Positions 1 through 10,810 of a stretch of 64,000 nucleotides of DNA are shown here, one piece after another. Every line of letters starts with the position of its first letter. Positions within the stretch are counted from its first letter, which is position 1. Where the stretch lies: the IMG/VR virus record IMGVR_UViG_3300021599_000853, positions 1 to 64,000 of that record. One strand, 5' to 3'. The position numbers and the translations under genes are program-made. Under the pieces are notes generated by a model, which was not told the origin of the DNA, searched no databases, and was given only the letters and a program-made list of their open reading frames with translations. This DNA is from an uncultured virus (IMG/VR IMGVR_UViG_3300021599_000853) (lineage: Duplodnaviria > Heunggongvirae > Uroviricota > Caudoviricetes).

Positions 1-4
1 ATTA

Positions 5-340
5 TTATGGTACTTCTACCCCAACACCCGGTGTTGTTAACCCAACAGCTTCCGCGTATTTTAGATATGTTTCAACACATGACGGTGTTGTAAAATCTTC
101 TATATTAAGTCCCTTAACTTTCACTATTAGATCTTCGCAGTGTTCTGAAACAAATCTCAAATAAAAATATTGTGTAAATGCACTTATTGACGTATCATAT
201 AATTCAAATGGATTTATATTAAATTGAAAATTAGTTGTTACACCAGACGCCACTAAAGTAGTTGTTGTTGCTGATGTTATACCATAATAAACATTAAATG
301 GAACGTTAGAAGGTACTAATTGTATATTTGTTATTATCAT
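5..340 (-). CDS. Hypothetical protein, probably virion-associated
   Basis: 111 aa ORF continuing the minus-strand structural run; Thr-rich, contains SGVT. Confidence 0.6.
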   Translation of the reverse strand: MIITNIQLVPSNVPFNVYYGITSATTTTLVASGVTTNFQFNINPFELYDTSISAFTQYFYLRFVSEHCEDLIVKVKGLNIEDFTTPSCVETYLKYAEAVGLTTPGVGVEVP

Positions 341-353
341 ATATTATTAATTT

Positions 354-1343
354 TTATAGTCCACCACATTGATTAAATCTTTTTATTAAATATGTATTCG
401 ATCCCACTGTTATTGTTTGTGGATTTGATATTATTGATATTGAGTTAACTTGTATTTGTGTTACTCTTAGAGTGGCGGTACCCGATGTTCTAGTTCCGAA
501 TGTAGTATTAGTACTAGTTGAACCAGAATTAAGTGTTAATGTACCAACTTGAGATAGTGTACCATTAGTTGTTGAACAAATTCCATCATTATATTGTGTT
601 ATTACGCCAGATGAAAATGTTAAATTATCTAATGTTGTACCAGATATTACATTTATAAGTAAATTAATTTGATTAGATATAACCGCATCTTCTTCAGGTA
701 TTAATTCAATTTCCGCTGTTGGTGTTGGTGCACTACAACTTTGACAAGCACCAATTACCGTTGCCACATTTGTACCATTTGTAACCACACTTACATATTG
801 ACCAGAATAAGTTAAAAATGTATTATAACCTGGAACATAAGTACTAAATGATGGGTGAGTGAATGTTGTTGATGTACAGAATGTTGAGTTATTTCCGACG
901 GAGTTCACCAATAAACTACCAATACCAAGACAAGCATTTAGAAATATTGATGAGGGGTTTTCAATTAATGTACCAATGAATAAAATTGTTGTGGTAGATG
1001 TAGGTGTTGGTGTTGTAGTTGTAGTTGGAGTTATTGTTGGAGTTATTGTTGGGGTTGTGGTTAATGTACTAGTAGGTGTAGATGTTATTGTTGGTGTATT
1101 AGTGGGTGTTGGAGTTGGGGTAATGGTAGGTGTGGATGTTGGTGAGACATATAAATTACATACAATATCTGAATTAGTTATTCCAGAAAATGTAATAATA
1201 TATTGACCATTAATATACTCTGCAATATATACATAAGGTATTACTTGTAACCCTAAATTAAATGTTCCACCGGTATCGGGATTATAAATTATTGATGCTG
1301 TATATCCTTCGAAATTTTGTGATGTTATCGTTATATTTGGCAT
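354..1343 (-). CDS. Thr/Pro-repeat putative virion surface protein; paralog of 1362..2339
   Basis: N-terminal domain (NPDTGGTFNLG) and FCxSTTFTxPSFS module shared with the neighbouring gene; long PTPT tract. Confidence 0.7.
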   Translation of the reverse strand: MPNITITSQNFEGYTASIIYNPDTGGTFNLGLQVIPYVYIAEYINGQYIITFSGITNSDIVCNLYVSPTSTPTITPTPTPTNTPTITSTPTSTLTTTPTITPTITPTTTTTPTPTSTTTILFIGTLIENPSSIFLNACLGIGSLLVNSVGNNSTFCTSTTFTHPSFSTYVPGYNTFLTYSGQYVSVVTNGTNVATVIGACQSCSAPTPTAEIELIPEEDAVISNQINLLINVISGTTLDNLTFSSGVITQYNDGICSTTNGTLSQVGTLTLNSGSTSTNTTFGTRTSGTATLRVTQIQVNSISIISNPQTITVGSNTYLIKRFNQCGGL

Positions 1344-1361
1344 ATTAAAATTTTAATTTTA

Positions 1362-2339
1362 TTAAACACAAGCACCGTCTTGTAAAATTATTTCAACAAT
1401 ATCAGTTGATGATATGGGGATAGGTGAAAATGTGTCAGTAGTGGTATTAGTATACGTGTTACAATCAATAACAAATGAGTTAACAACTAATGATATATTA
1501 ACTTGAGATGATGTTGTTACAGTATAATCTATTCCGAGTGTTGTGCCGGCATGTGTTCCTTCCGCTTGTGACCCATTACTTACCGGTAATGATCCAACAG
1601 TTATTAAATAAAACGCAGGGGTTATTGATCCAATAGAAGTTGCCGCTGTTGTGTTATTTATAACAAAGAAATTATTACCCGATGTTGGTGTACTAGTTGG
1701 TGTTGCGGTAGGTGTAATTGTTGGTGTTGGTGTAATAGTTAATGTTGGTGTAATAGTTGGTGTAGGTGTACTAGTTGACGTAGGTGTAAGTGTTGGTGTT
1801 GGACATGTTAAACATGGACCAAGTACTGATGCGGTATTTGTACCGTTAAATAATATACTAAAATATGTGGTCCCAAATCCAATAAATGTTTGAGATCCAT
1901 TAAGGAATGAACTAAATGATGGATTTGTAAATGTTGTTGATGAACAGAATGTTGTACTATTACCCGTTACATTATATGTTGTCCCACTCCCCGCACAGAT
2001 ACCCAATTCATAATCTCCAGTATTTTGAACCACATCACCAACAAAATTACTTAATGTAGGTGTGGGTGTGTTACTTAATGTAGGTGTGGGTGTGTTACTT
2101 AATGTAGGTGTGGGTGTACTAGTTGGTACAGGACTTAATGTATTATCAATTAATGTTGCAGAACATGTAACACCGACTCCAGAAAAATATAAAACATATG
2201 TCCCAAAAGTGTATTCAGAAGTGTATGTATAAGGTATTGTTTGTGACCCTAAATTAAATGTTCCACCGGTATCGGGATTAAATGTTATTACCGCCGTTTG
2301 TCCACTATAATTACTACTTGTTAATTCTACTGTTCTCAT
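1362..2339 (-). CDS. Thr/Pro-repeat putative virion surface protein; paralog of 354..1343
   Basis: Same N-terminal domain, two PT-rich linkers, distinct C-terminal beta-rich domain. Confidence 0.7.
   Translation of the reverse strand: MRTVELTSSNYSGQTAVITFNPDTGGTFNLGSQTIPYTYTSEYTFGTYVLYFSGVGVTCSATLIDNTLSPVPTSTPTPTLSNTPTPTLSNTPTPTLSNFVGDVVQNTGDYELGICAGSGTTYNVTGNSTTFCSSTTFTNPSFSSFLNGSQTFIGFGTTYFSILFNGTNTASVLGPCLTCPTPTLTPTSTSTPTPTITPTLTITPTPTITPTATPTSTPTSGNNFFVINNTTAATSIGSITPAFYLITVGSLPVSNGSQAEGTHAGTTLGIDYTVTTSSQVNISLVVNSFVIDCNTYTNTTTDTFSPIPISSTDIVEIILQDGACV
2047..2117. repeat. 24-bp tandem repeat (about 3 copies) encoding TPTPTLSN
   Basis: ttacttaatgtaggtgtgggtgtg at 2047 and 2071, partial copy at 2095. 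Confidence 0.9.
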
Positions 2340-2340
2340 T

Positions 2341-5300
2341 TTATGTTGTAAAGTTTAAACAAATTTCATAATATGACCCAACATGGAATAATGGATCATC
2401 TGTTGTGAAATCAATAAATAATGTATGTGTTGTTCCTGCCGGTAATAAATATGGTCCTGGTACAATTATATTTTCAATAACAGGTCCCATAGCACAACCT
2501 TGATTTAGTTCTTGTGATGTTGCACTTGCAATTAATGTACCATCTAAATAGAATGCTATATTTTCATAATCGGTATTTTGTAATTCCGCCAAACCACTAA
2601 AACTTAAATTTAAGAAAGTATCAACAGGTCCAACAGTAATTGTTGCCGTTGCGGTACCTGTTTGTGTTATATTACATGTACCACCACAGTTGAATGAATC
2701 TGCAATGTTAAATCTAACACATAAATTATCGGGTGATATAATCCATTCAGCGGTCTCACATCCTGTTACGCCAGATGTGTTCTTAGTTGTTGACCAAATT
2801 AAACCTGATACAGGTAATAAATAAGTTGGTGTTGGTGTTGCGGTAGGTGTAAGTGTTGGTGTAATAGTTGGTGTAGGTGTACTAGTTGATGTAGGTGTAA
2901 TAGTTGGTGTAGGTGTACTAGTTGACGTAGGTGTAGGCGTTGGTTCTAATTGTAAATTCACTGTGCAACACTCTGGTATTTGAGATGATCCATAAACTGT
3001 TAATGATGGAATTGTCTGTGTAAGTATTGGTGTGTAAGGATATGTTAAAGGTATATTATATATTTTACCGTCCGAATTCGCAACATATAATGAACCATTA
3101 TCTTGGAATATTCCATATGGTGATGTGGCAGTTGTATTTAAATTGGCACTTGTTTCAAATAATCCAGTGGTATAATCATATTGATTTAAAAATACCCCAC
3201 CTGATTTTGTCACCGTAAATAAAACTTTGTTATTTGTTGTGTATACAATATCACCAGCAATACTTTCAGTTGGTGCTAAAGAGAATACTGTATTTACCGT
3301 TGCGACCGAAGATGAAATGTCTATTTCTATCATCTCATCTAATCCTGATACGGAATTATAATATGTAGATAATAATTTCGTATCATTTATCGCACATAAC
3401 CCCGCACCGATGTTGTTTATTCCACTTGGTAGAGTTATTATCCTATTAAATGTTGTGGACCAAGGATTTAATGTAATATTCCATTCATATATTGAACTAT
3501 TATATAACCACATTTTATTTGATGTATGAGCGATATCAGGAGAAAATATAAATGTACCTAAATTAGTTTTAGTGTTTGAAGAATAATCATAATAATAAAC
3601 GTCATTAGAATTATCATTAATTAAAATACTGCATTGTGGTAAAAATATTGATGATGGTATGACACATTCACCTATTACAGAGGTTCCCGATAATGGTAAT
3701 GTTGAGCCGGTGTTACCTGACCATACATTTATATCATCTGATAAGGGATAATAATCATTGTTAATTAGATATCCATACATTTGATTACTTGGTGGTGTAC
3801 TAGGATTTAAATAATCATATGATTCCCACATTTCCCATCTAGTAGTTCCACTATTCCATAAAACATATATTGGTGTTGTTGTTAATGATGGATTATTAAT
3901 ATAATATACTAATTTACCGTCATAATGTGTGGTTGGGAATCCTGAATATATATAGTTACTAGTACCGCCAGATGTTAAATAAAAACATACTTCTGGTGGA
4001 CATTCATTTAATGATGAGTTAAGTAATCCAACTTGTAACGAAATTCTATTCCATTGATATTCTGTACTACTTATTGGTGTGTTTCCACTATAATTTAAAT
4101 ACCCTATTGACGTGCCAGGTGTTTTGTTTGTTACGTTATATGAATTAACATATTCCCATCTTGTAGTTCCACTATTCCATACAACGGCACCAAAAACACA
4201 AGTAGTTGTACCTGTACCTGAGTTTGTGTAATTTAAACTATAGTAATATTTACCATTGTGATAACCGGCAGGGTACCTTAATTCAGTTGAAAGTACACAA
4301 GTAATCTCACCTGGATCGAAACTAAAACAAACAGGATCTGGACAATTTTTTACTGTCGTTACGTATGCACCAAGTTCAGGATCATAATTATAAATCCATT
4401 GATATTCTGTACTACTTATCGGTGTGTTTCCGGTATAATTTAAATAAGAATATAAAGTACCTGATGTACCTAATGTTGTGTCAAAATTTTCCCAGTGTTC
4501 CCATCTATTTGTTCCGTTATTCCAAATGATATAATAATCATATGTACCATCAGTAGATTTATAATAATTTCTATTATTATAAACACCTACTATTTGATAT
4601 GTATATGATGTATATAATGTTGTTGATGAATATGTACCAATTAAACAAATGTCGGCACATAACAAATCACCACAATCATCTTCGACTTCATCTATTGTTG
4701 GTGTTATAGGACAATCTTCAACATCTGTATAATATTGTTGTACACAATTATCATCACCGAAGAAATCATTTACATGAGTTTGATATTTGTGTTGTAATAG
4801 AACTTGATGCGTGTCATTACCATTAAATACTATTAAATCGTTCCCGACAGGTATATTTCTACCAGATGTTTCAAAATTTAAATTATAGTATAAATTTGGT
4901 TCACAATAATTTAAATCTACCGCAATAACTTCAATTAAAAATCCATCTACATTAATTAGATAATCACCATTGTTATCCAAATAATCTTCAGGATAAGGGC
5001 AACATGGGTCTATGGGTTCTTCACCTCTCACTTGTAAATGTTCCGGTATTCTTTCATCAAAAAAGTAATTTGTTTTTGTTATAATTTTACCATCAATAAT
5101 TTTATTAGTATATACTTTTAATTTTGTTGTTGGTAATACTTCAATTACGGTTAATGATCCATTAGAGGTTAATCCACTAATAATACTTTTTTTAACTGAA
5201 CCTAAACACTCTATACTTTTTACTTTATTATAATCATACTCATAAGTGAAGGAATAACCATTAACATTAGCTATTTTAAAACTATTGTTTGAAAATCCTG

Positions 5301-8300
5301 AACATGGTAAATAATTAGCTGTTAATAAATTATCATCAATATTAATATCTTTTACGTCAATTATTTCAATAGCACCAACATTAATATATGACATTATTGC
5401 ATTATAATCTATAGTACCATTTTGTATTTGTATTAATGGAAATGAACTTATAATTCTAAGAGCCCTACTATTTGATAATAATCCGTAATTATATGACGGT
5501 CCATAACTTACTTTAGGTATTAAAACACAATTTTGGAAATTATCAACAAATGTCACCGCGGTTTGTGATGATATATGTGTTAAACCAGTACAAGGTGCGC
5601 ATCCCAACCAAACACTTGTGCCAGAAAAATACGTATCTATCACAAATTCTTGATAGTAACTACTATCCACATCATGTTCATATTTTTTCTGAAAACCGTT
5701 AACAATTAACTTTGTTTCACAGTTTGCAGCATCGAAGAAATTAATTTGTATTTTTTCACCTAATGAAACCGCGGAGAATTGAATTGAGCATGGATCTATT
5801 TGTGTGAATGATATTCCGTTACTAGTGGTGCCAGATGATCCACTAAGTAATTCACAACCAGTATACTTATAAAAAGAAGAACCATCCCCACCTTTTTGTA
5901 CTCCAACACCATTTGTTAAAGAAAAAACTAAATCAACTTGTGGACAATAATCTGTTGGGCAATCACCAGAACTTATTGTAACATCGGCAACAAGACAGGT
6001 TGGGTTTATTGGTTTATATTCGGCGTCAAATCTATATAAAAAATAATCTTCGACCGAACAATCATTGAAATCATATTTTATTGAGGTGAATCTAACTTTT
6101 TCTTTCCCGTCAATATCGGTAAAATATTCAAGTTTTAATTTTGGTTTATATTCCCAAGTATATGTTTGTCCTGTTGTATTTAAAAATGGTTGATAATTAA
6201 CATATCCGGCAGTATATCCTGTTACATATTTGTTTACCACATTTTCCACCAAACCAGATAGTGCAATTTTCCACAAATCTTCGGCCTTATCAATATCAGG
6301 ATCTAAATGATCTTTAAAATCACATATCAACGGTATTCCTGTTGTACCACTATCAGGTATAATTGTACAACCTGTCATTGGTGCTGGATTAAATAATTTA
6401 ACACTATTGTTTGTATTTGTCGCACCACTAAATAAAATACAATATGATGATCCCGAAAAAACCTGTCCATCAATTTCTATTATAGGACAATACGTTATAC
6501 CTGTTATATTAATTAATCCTCTGAAATTTTCTTCTTCACCTAATATTGTTTCTAAATCTTCTGATATTGCTTTTTCAAAATCAGGATATAAATTTTCTTC
6601 GAAAGTTTTTGCTTGACACCCTATATTATATTTGTATTTAGGTCTACCAAAAAAATTATTTGTTATCAAAACACCACCAGTCCATAATGTACTTGAAGGT
6701 ATTAATTGATCTAAAACTTGCATCCAATATGGACTCATTTTCTGAATAAATTCATGTGAGTCTATAAATTGGTATGGTGTAAATCCAATGGTATTAAAAT
6801 AAGATGTGTAAACATCTTCTAAAGCTATGTAATTTTTTTTGTATCTAATTACATGAGAATTTTTAAGTTGTGTGTGTATTGTTTTATCTAAAAATTCTGC
6901 GAATGTTACCCCTGTTTGTGGGTATAGTGTATTTGTTCCGAATGTTAATAATAAATCTCTAGATTTTCTCCAAATATCATAATCAATAGATCTACTTGGT
7001 GAAAGATACGCATCAATATTTTTTCTATTTAAAATATATTGTGAATTGTCATTATTAAATTCTGACTTAACATTATCAATTGCGGGATCTAATCCATAAC
7101 CAGTATCTAAACCAGGTAAAGTTCTAAAAACATCAAAATAATCTTCACCATACGTATATGATTTAGATTTTGTTTTTAATGTTTTTGTTCTACCTGTTAA
7201 TATTGAATTTTCCTCATCAAGTATATCTACACTACGATGATTTAATGTCATGTCATACCATCCCGCACCTTTTTGGAAAAAAATATCACTAGTTTCATCA
7301 AATGCCCTTCTTGGTAATAATGTTGTTTCGTCAACCGGATAACCATCTCTATTGAAAGTTGTTAACCCTGTTATACTTTCTTTAGTATAACTAAATGTTG
7401 TTGGTGAAAATATACCTGTTGTTAAAACTTTACTTCTTTGTAAAACATCATAAATATCACTTTCGAGATCGCTTGAATTTGGTAATGATACTACTTTATA
7501 AATGTATTCATTTACCACAATTAATGGATCAGGAGCACCAAGAAATCTCAAAAAGAAGTTAATTGACGCTCTAGTTCCTTTTGATTTATATATCCATGCT
7601 AAGTTTACTAATAATCTTCTGTAAAACTCATATTCCGCTTCTACTAAATTTTTACCACCATCTTGTCCTTGATAATTACTTTTAGGTCTATTATAAAATA
7701 TGTCATCTAATTTTTTCTCATCAAATAAATCTACTGTTGTTATGCCTAAATTTTCTGCTAAATTTTTTAATAATATGTCGGGAAGATTATTTATACCATC
7801 ATAACTTACATTTCTCATGTAAGCAATATTATCTATATATTTTTTAACTCTATCAAAGTTTTGTCCATATAACTGAAATACACTTTCGGCCTTTTTTTCG
7901 TCTGTATCAAATTCATATAATTGTGGTGATGTTAAAAATCTAATAAATAAATTAGATTTATAATCATCTATTTGATCTCCGATTTCTTTTAAATCTGCTA
8001 GATAAAAATCAAAATCAATGCCGTCAATTTTTATATTCCATCCATCAACATATGTTGGCCAAGTAACTTCAACTTTTACAATATCGGTTGATGACCCATC
8101 AATTGTATCTTTTAAAACATTGAAATATGCGGTATATTTAGGATTACTTTCTCTATTTAATAATTGTTGTTCAATCTCATCTAAATTATTATAAAATTCT
8201 TCAAAAATTGAATTACTTGGTCTAACTAAAATAGTTTGACTATACGCGGATAACCCTGAAAATGGATTACCTTTTATTTTGAATTTTATTTCATTTAAAT

Positions 8301-8940
8301 TATTTGATTCCTGATAATCATCAATTTGATATGTTTGATTATTAAATTCAATAACATATTTTTTAAAAGATGAATAGAAATTTTTTATACTTAACTCTTC
8401 TTCAGGTGATTTAGGTGTTATTGGTTTTTTTAGTTCAATGTCAAGAGGATTAAATATCCTTGAACTTTCTACAGAAAATGATGTTATTTCTCTGTCTTTA
8501 TCAAAAGTTATGTTATATAAAGTATAAGGAATAATATAATTAATTCTTTCTTTATCAATTAAAAAACCAGCAGGATATTTACTAATTATATTTTTTACAG
8601 ATACCTCTAACCTTTTAGATAATGATCCATATAATGATTTACCTGCGTCATTTTTTGCACTTCTAAATCTTATTTTTTTATCCGCTTCTTTTTCTTTAGA
8701 TAAATCAATACCAACATCGCTTAATTCTTTATTTTGATCAACTAATGTATCTAAAGTTAAAAATTCAGAAAAGGGACTTGTCCTAAAATTCTTACTATCT
8801 TTTTCAGGTATAATTCTATCTAAAGCAAAATTCGTATTAGTTAATTGACTAGATCCATCGGTAATTTGGACACCGACTAAACTATCACTAAATGTATCTT
8901 TTCCGCTTGACGCCTGACTTGGTACTTTATATTTTGCCAT
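2341..8940 (-). CDS. Large baseplate/tail structural protein (wedge gp7/tail protein I-like N-terminal part) with C-terminal repeats, propeller-like region and PT linker
   Basis: 2199 aa; YKSKGTRASINFFLRFLG resembles the tail-I/wedge motif; three WN(S/N)GTxRWE modules; lies downstream of gp6/gp25-like genes. Confidence 0.6.
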   Translation of the reverse strand: MAKYKVPSQASSGKDTFSDSLVGVQITDGSSQLTNTNFALDRIIPEKDSKNFRTSPFSEFLTLDTLVDQNKELSDVGIDLSKEKEADKKIRFRSAKNDAGKSLYGSLSKRLEVSVKNIISKYPAGFLIDKERINYIIPYTLYNITFDKDREITSFSVESSRIFNPLDIELKKPITPKSPEEELSIKNFYSSFKKYVIEFNNQTYQIDDYQESNNLNEIKFKIKGNPFSGLSAYSQTILVRPSNSIFEEFYNNLDEIEQQLLNRESNPKYTAYFNVLKDTIDGSSTDIVKVEVTWPTYVDGWNIKIDGIDFDFYLADLKEIGDQIDDYKSNLFIRFLTSPQLYEFDTDEKKAESVFQLYGQNFDRVKKYIDNIAYMRNVSYDGINNLPDILLKNLAENLGITTVDLFDEKKLDDIFYNRPKSNYQGQDGGKNLVEAEYEFYRRLLVNLAWIYKSKGTRASINFFLRFLGAPDPLIVVNEYIYKVVSLPNSSDLESDIYDVLQRSKVLTTGIFSPTTFSYTKESITGLTTFNRDGYPVDETTLLPRRAFDETSDIFFQKGAGWYDMTLNHRSVDILDEENSILTGRTKTLKTKSKSYTYGEDYFDVFRTLPGLDTGYGLDPAIDNVKSEFNNDNSQYILNRKNIDAYLSPSRSIDYDIWRKSRDLLLTFGTNTLYPQTGVTFAEFLDKTIHTQLKNSHVIRYKKNYIALEDVYTSYFNTIGFTPYQFIDSHEFIQKMSPYWMQVLDQLIPSSTLWTGGVLITNNFFGRPKYKYNIGCQAKTFEENLYPDFEKAISEDLETILGEEENFRGLINITGITYCPIIEIDGQVFSGSSYCILFSGATNTNNSVKLFNPAPMTGCTIIPDSGTTGIPLICDFKDHLDPDIDKAEDLWKIALSGLVENVVNKYVTGYTAGYVNYQPFLNTTGQTYTWEYKPKLKLEYFTDIDGKEKVRFTSIKYDFNDCSVEDYFLYRFDAEYKPINPTCLVADVTISSGDCPTDYCPQVDLVFSLTNGVGVQKGGDGSSFYKYTGCELLSGSSGTTSNGISFTQIDPCSIQFSAVSLGEKIQINFFDAANCETKLIVNGFQKKYEHDVDSSYYQEFVIDTYFSGTSVWLGCAPCTGLTHISSQTAVTFVDNFQNCVLIPKVSYGPSYNYGLLSNSRALRIISSFPLIQIQNGTIDYNAIMSYINVGAIEIIDVKDINIDDNLLTANYLPCSGFSNNSFKIANVNGYSFTYEYDYNKVKSIECLGSVKKSIISGLTSNGSLTVIEVLPTTKLKVYTNKIIDGKIITKTNYFFDERIPEHLQVRGEEPIDPCCPYPEDYLDNNGDYLINVDGFLIEVIAVDLNYCEPNLYYNLNFETSGRNIPVGNDLIVFNGNDTHQVLLQHKYQTHVNDFFGDDNCVQQYYTDVEDCPITPTIDEVEDDCGDLLCADICLIGTYSSTTLYTSYTYQIVGVYNNRNYYKSTDGTYDYYIIWNNGTNRWEHWENFDTTLGTSGTLYSYLNYTGNTPISSTEYQWIYNYDPELGAYVTTVKNCPDPVCFSFDPGEITCVLSTELRYPAGYHNGKYYYSLNYTNSGTGTTTCVFGAVVWNSGTTRWEYVNSYNVTNKTPGTSIGYLNYSGNTPISSTEYQWNRISLQVGLLNSSLNECPPEVCFYLTSGGTSNYIYSGFPTTHYDGKLVYYINNPSLTTTPIYVLWNSGTTRWEMWESYDYLNPSTPPSNQMYGYLINNDYYPLSDDINVWSGNTGSTLPLSGTSVIGECVIPSSIFLPQCSILINDNSNDVYYYDYSSNTKTNLGTFIFSPDIAHTSNKMWLYNSSIYEWNITLNPWSTTFNRIITLPSGINNIGAGLCAINDTKLLSTYYNSVSGLDEMIEIDISSSVATVNTVFSLAPTESIAGDIVYTTNNKVLFTVTKSGGVFLNQYDYTTGLFETSANLNTTATSPYGIFQDNGSLYVANSDGKIYNIPLTYPYTPILTQTIPSLTVYGSSQIPECCTVNLQLEPTPTPTSTSTPTPTITPTSTSTPTPTITPTLTPTATPTPTYLLPVSGLIWSTTKNTSGVTGCETAEWIISPDNLCVRFNIADSFNCGGTCNITQTGTATATITVGPVDTFLNLSFSGLAELQNTDYENIAFYLDGTLIASATSQELNQGCAMGPVIENIIVPGPYLLPAGTTHTLFIDFTTDDPLFHVGSYYEICLNFTT

Positions 8941-9860
8941 TATATATCTGTAATCGTATCAAAATCTAATGCAGTATCTATATTTGTTTTCCTTTCTCTA
9001 ACTTCGAATAATGTTTCATTAAATTCATCCTTAACTTCATAGAGATTGTATTGTCTATAGATATTGTTATTATTATCATAAATTGTGTAAATACCTGGGG
9101 CAATCGCCTTAGTTTGATTACCATACAAGGCATGTGCTAAAGTATTTGCATCATGTTCAACCATTTCTATTTCTATAGTGGTTGGATTCATAAAAGTGTT
9201 TGTTAATATTATTTTTTGTGACGGACTACCAATAAATGGAACCGTATTTGGTCTACTAGATGGTGCAGAGGATGGTGTTACAGTTAAAAACATTAAATTT
9301 GTTGCCTGATCTGTATATTGATATCTAATCGCCTTTTGTGTTGTATTAGTTAAATTTGACACAATTGGTGTACAATAAAATGATGAAGTTACCACCCTAT
9401 AAAAATTAGGAATTTTAGTGTTATCTGTTGTGTTTATGTATTCTATTCTATATCCAATTAATCCTTGAGGGGTGAATTTATTTCTATCTTCGGTTGGTAC
9501 ATTACTTAAATCTATAATTAATCCTCTAACAGACGGTAATGACACTAAAATTCCACAATCCGTTATTGTCGTTCTGATTTGTTTTGGTCTAATGTGTAAG
9601 GTATATATACCAAGTTCAGAAAAATCATTTGAATTTAATTTTAGGTTATATAACCCACCTAAAATTTCATTATTTGGTGCGGTTGTGTCAGATGTCGTAT
9701 TAACATTATGAAAAACCGGTGTTAAAATATCAGCCGAATTTAACTTTTTTAGTGTTACTTCAGATGTACTTAACCTATCCTCAACATAATGATAATAAAT
9801 TTCCACATCCTGTGGTGATATGTCCGACGGTCTAATTATACCATATGATCCTACTGCCAT
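8940..9860 (-). CDS. Hypothetical virion protein
   Basis: 306 aa ORF coupled to the 2199-aa gene; TATTTAT motif upstream. Confidence 0.6.
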   Translation of the reverse strand: MAVGSYGIIRPSDISPQDVEIYYHYVEDRLSTSEVTLKKLNSADILTPVFHNVNTTSDTTAPNNEILGGLYNLKLNSNDFSELGIYTLHIRPKQIRTTITDCGILVSLPSVRGLIIDLSNVPTEDRNKFTPQGLIGYRIEYINTTDNTKIPNFYRVVTSSFYCTPIVSNLTNTTQKAIRYQYTDQATNLMFLTVTPSSAPSSRPNTVPFIGSPSQKIILTNTFMNPTTIEIEMVEHDANTLAHALYGNQTKAIAPGIYTIYDNNNNIYRQYNLYEVKDEFNETLFEVRERKTNIDTALDFDTITDI

Positions 9861-9886
9861 ATATTTTTATTTAATAAATATATTTT

Positions 9887-10810
9887 TTATTGTTTTATTA
9901 CATTAAAAAATCCATTTCCATAAATTTCCAATTCTCCCGTATTGTCAATTTCTGTTAATCTAAGATTATTTTCCATAACACTAAGTTTACCACGTTCAAT
10001 AAAAATATCTGAATAAATTGTTGGTTCGTCTATAAAACCAAGAAAATGTTCGTTTCTTGTTAATATTTTATTAAAAACTTCTTCTTTTGTGTAACCGGTA
10101 GTATTACCCGTAATCATGGTATAACCATCAGAATAGTCTTTATATACCAAATTGTCAATAGTATATGCACTAAAAATACCGACAGTATCTGTTCCAACGG
10201 TAACTCCACTATATAAATTTGATCCATATAATTTTAATTCATCAATTCTACTACCACCAATTGCAACATATTTAAATATTGTATGTCCTGTATTATTAGT
10301 ATAATCTAAGTCATTTAAATAATCTTGTGAACCTAATGATGTTGTGTACGGTATCGTAAATCCACTAAATGTACCCAATGGATTGACCACTGTAAGATTT
10401 TGTGGTATTTTTACTATTTTTTTAAGTTCTTGTTTTGTCCATGGGCTATCCAATTTTATTGTTATAGTATATGAACTATATCCACTTAATGGGGTTGGGT
10501 ATGTTTTAGTTGCGGTTGTTAATAAATTATTTACATGTATTGGTAAATTATTACTTGTTCCGTCGCCCCAATTTATTGTGAACGTGGCTTCTTTTATATA
10601 TCTGAATTTTTCAACAAATACGGTATTATAAACTTGTACTGTTGATGCTGTTTGTGTATAACTAAAATTACAGAACTCTTCCACTTGTGTTATTTCACCA
10701 TCAAATCCAACCATAATACCCATTTCATCAACAGAATCATCTAAATATAATGGTATATTATAAGTTAATCCTGTATTGACTTTTAAAATACTATATTTTG
10801 TCTTTTTCAT
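9887..10810 (-). CDS. Putative virion protein (possible Ig/PKD-like segment)
   Basis: 307 aa; FTINWGDGT resembles the PKD WDFGDG motif; six [ST]GxT motifs. Confidence 0.55.
   Translation of the reverse strand: MKKTKYSILKVNTGLTYNIPLYLDDSVDEMGIMVGFDGEITQVEEFCNFSYTQTASTVQVYNTVFVEKFRYIKEATFTINWGDGTSNNLPIHVNNLLTTATKTYPTPLSGYSSYTITIKLDSPWTKQELKKIVKIPQNLTVVNPLGTFSGFTIPYTTSLGSQDYLNDLDYTNNTGHTIFKYVAIGGSRIDELKLYGSNLYSGVTVGTDTVGIFSAYTIDNLVYKDYSDGYTMITGNTTGYTKEEVFNKILTRNEHFLGFIDEPTIYSDIFIERGKLSVMENNLRLTEIDNTGELEIYGNGFFNVIKQ

Noticed and set aside
859..1893. Val/Gly-rich plus-strand ORFs 859..1206 and 1651..1893
   Set aside because: Antisense shadows of Thr/Pro repeat codons
1690..2940. Periodic repeats as a CRISPR array
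   Set aside because: In-frame coding repeats without unique spacers; no cas genes
3832..4446. Repeat pairs as DGR template/variable regions
   Set aside because: Mismatches are not adenine-specific and no reverse transcriptase is present in the window
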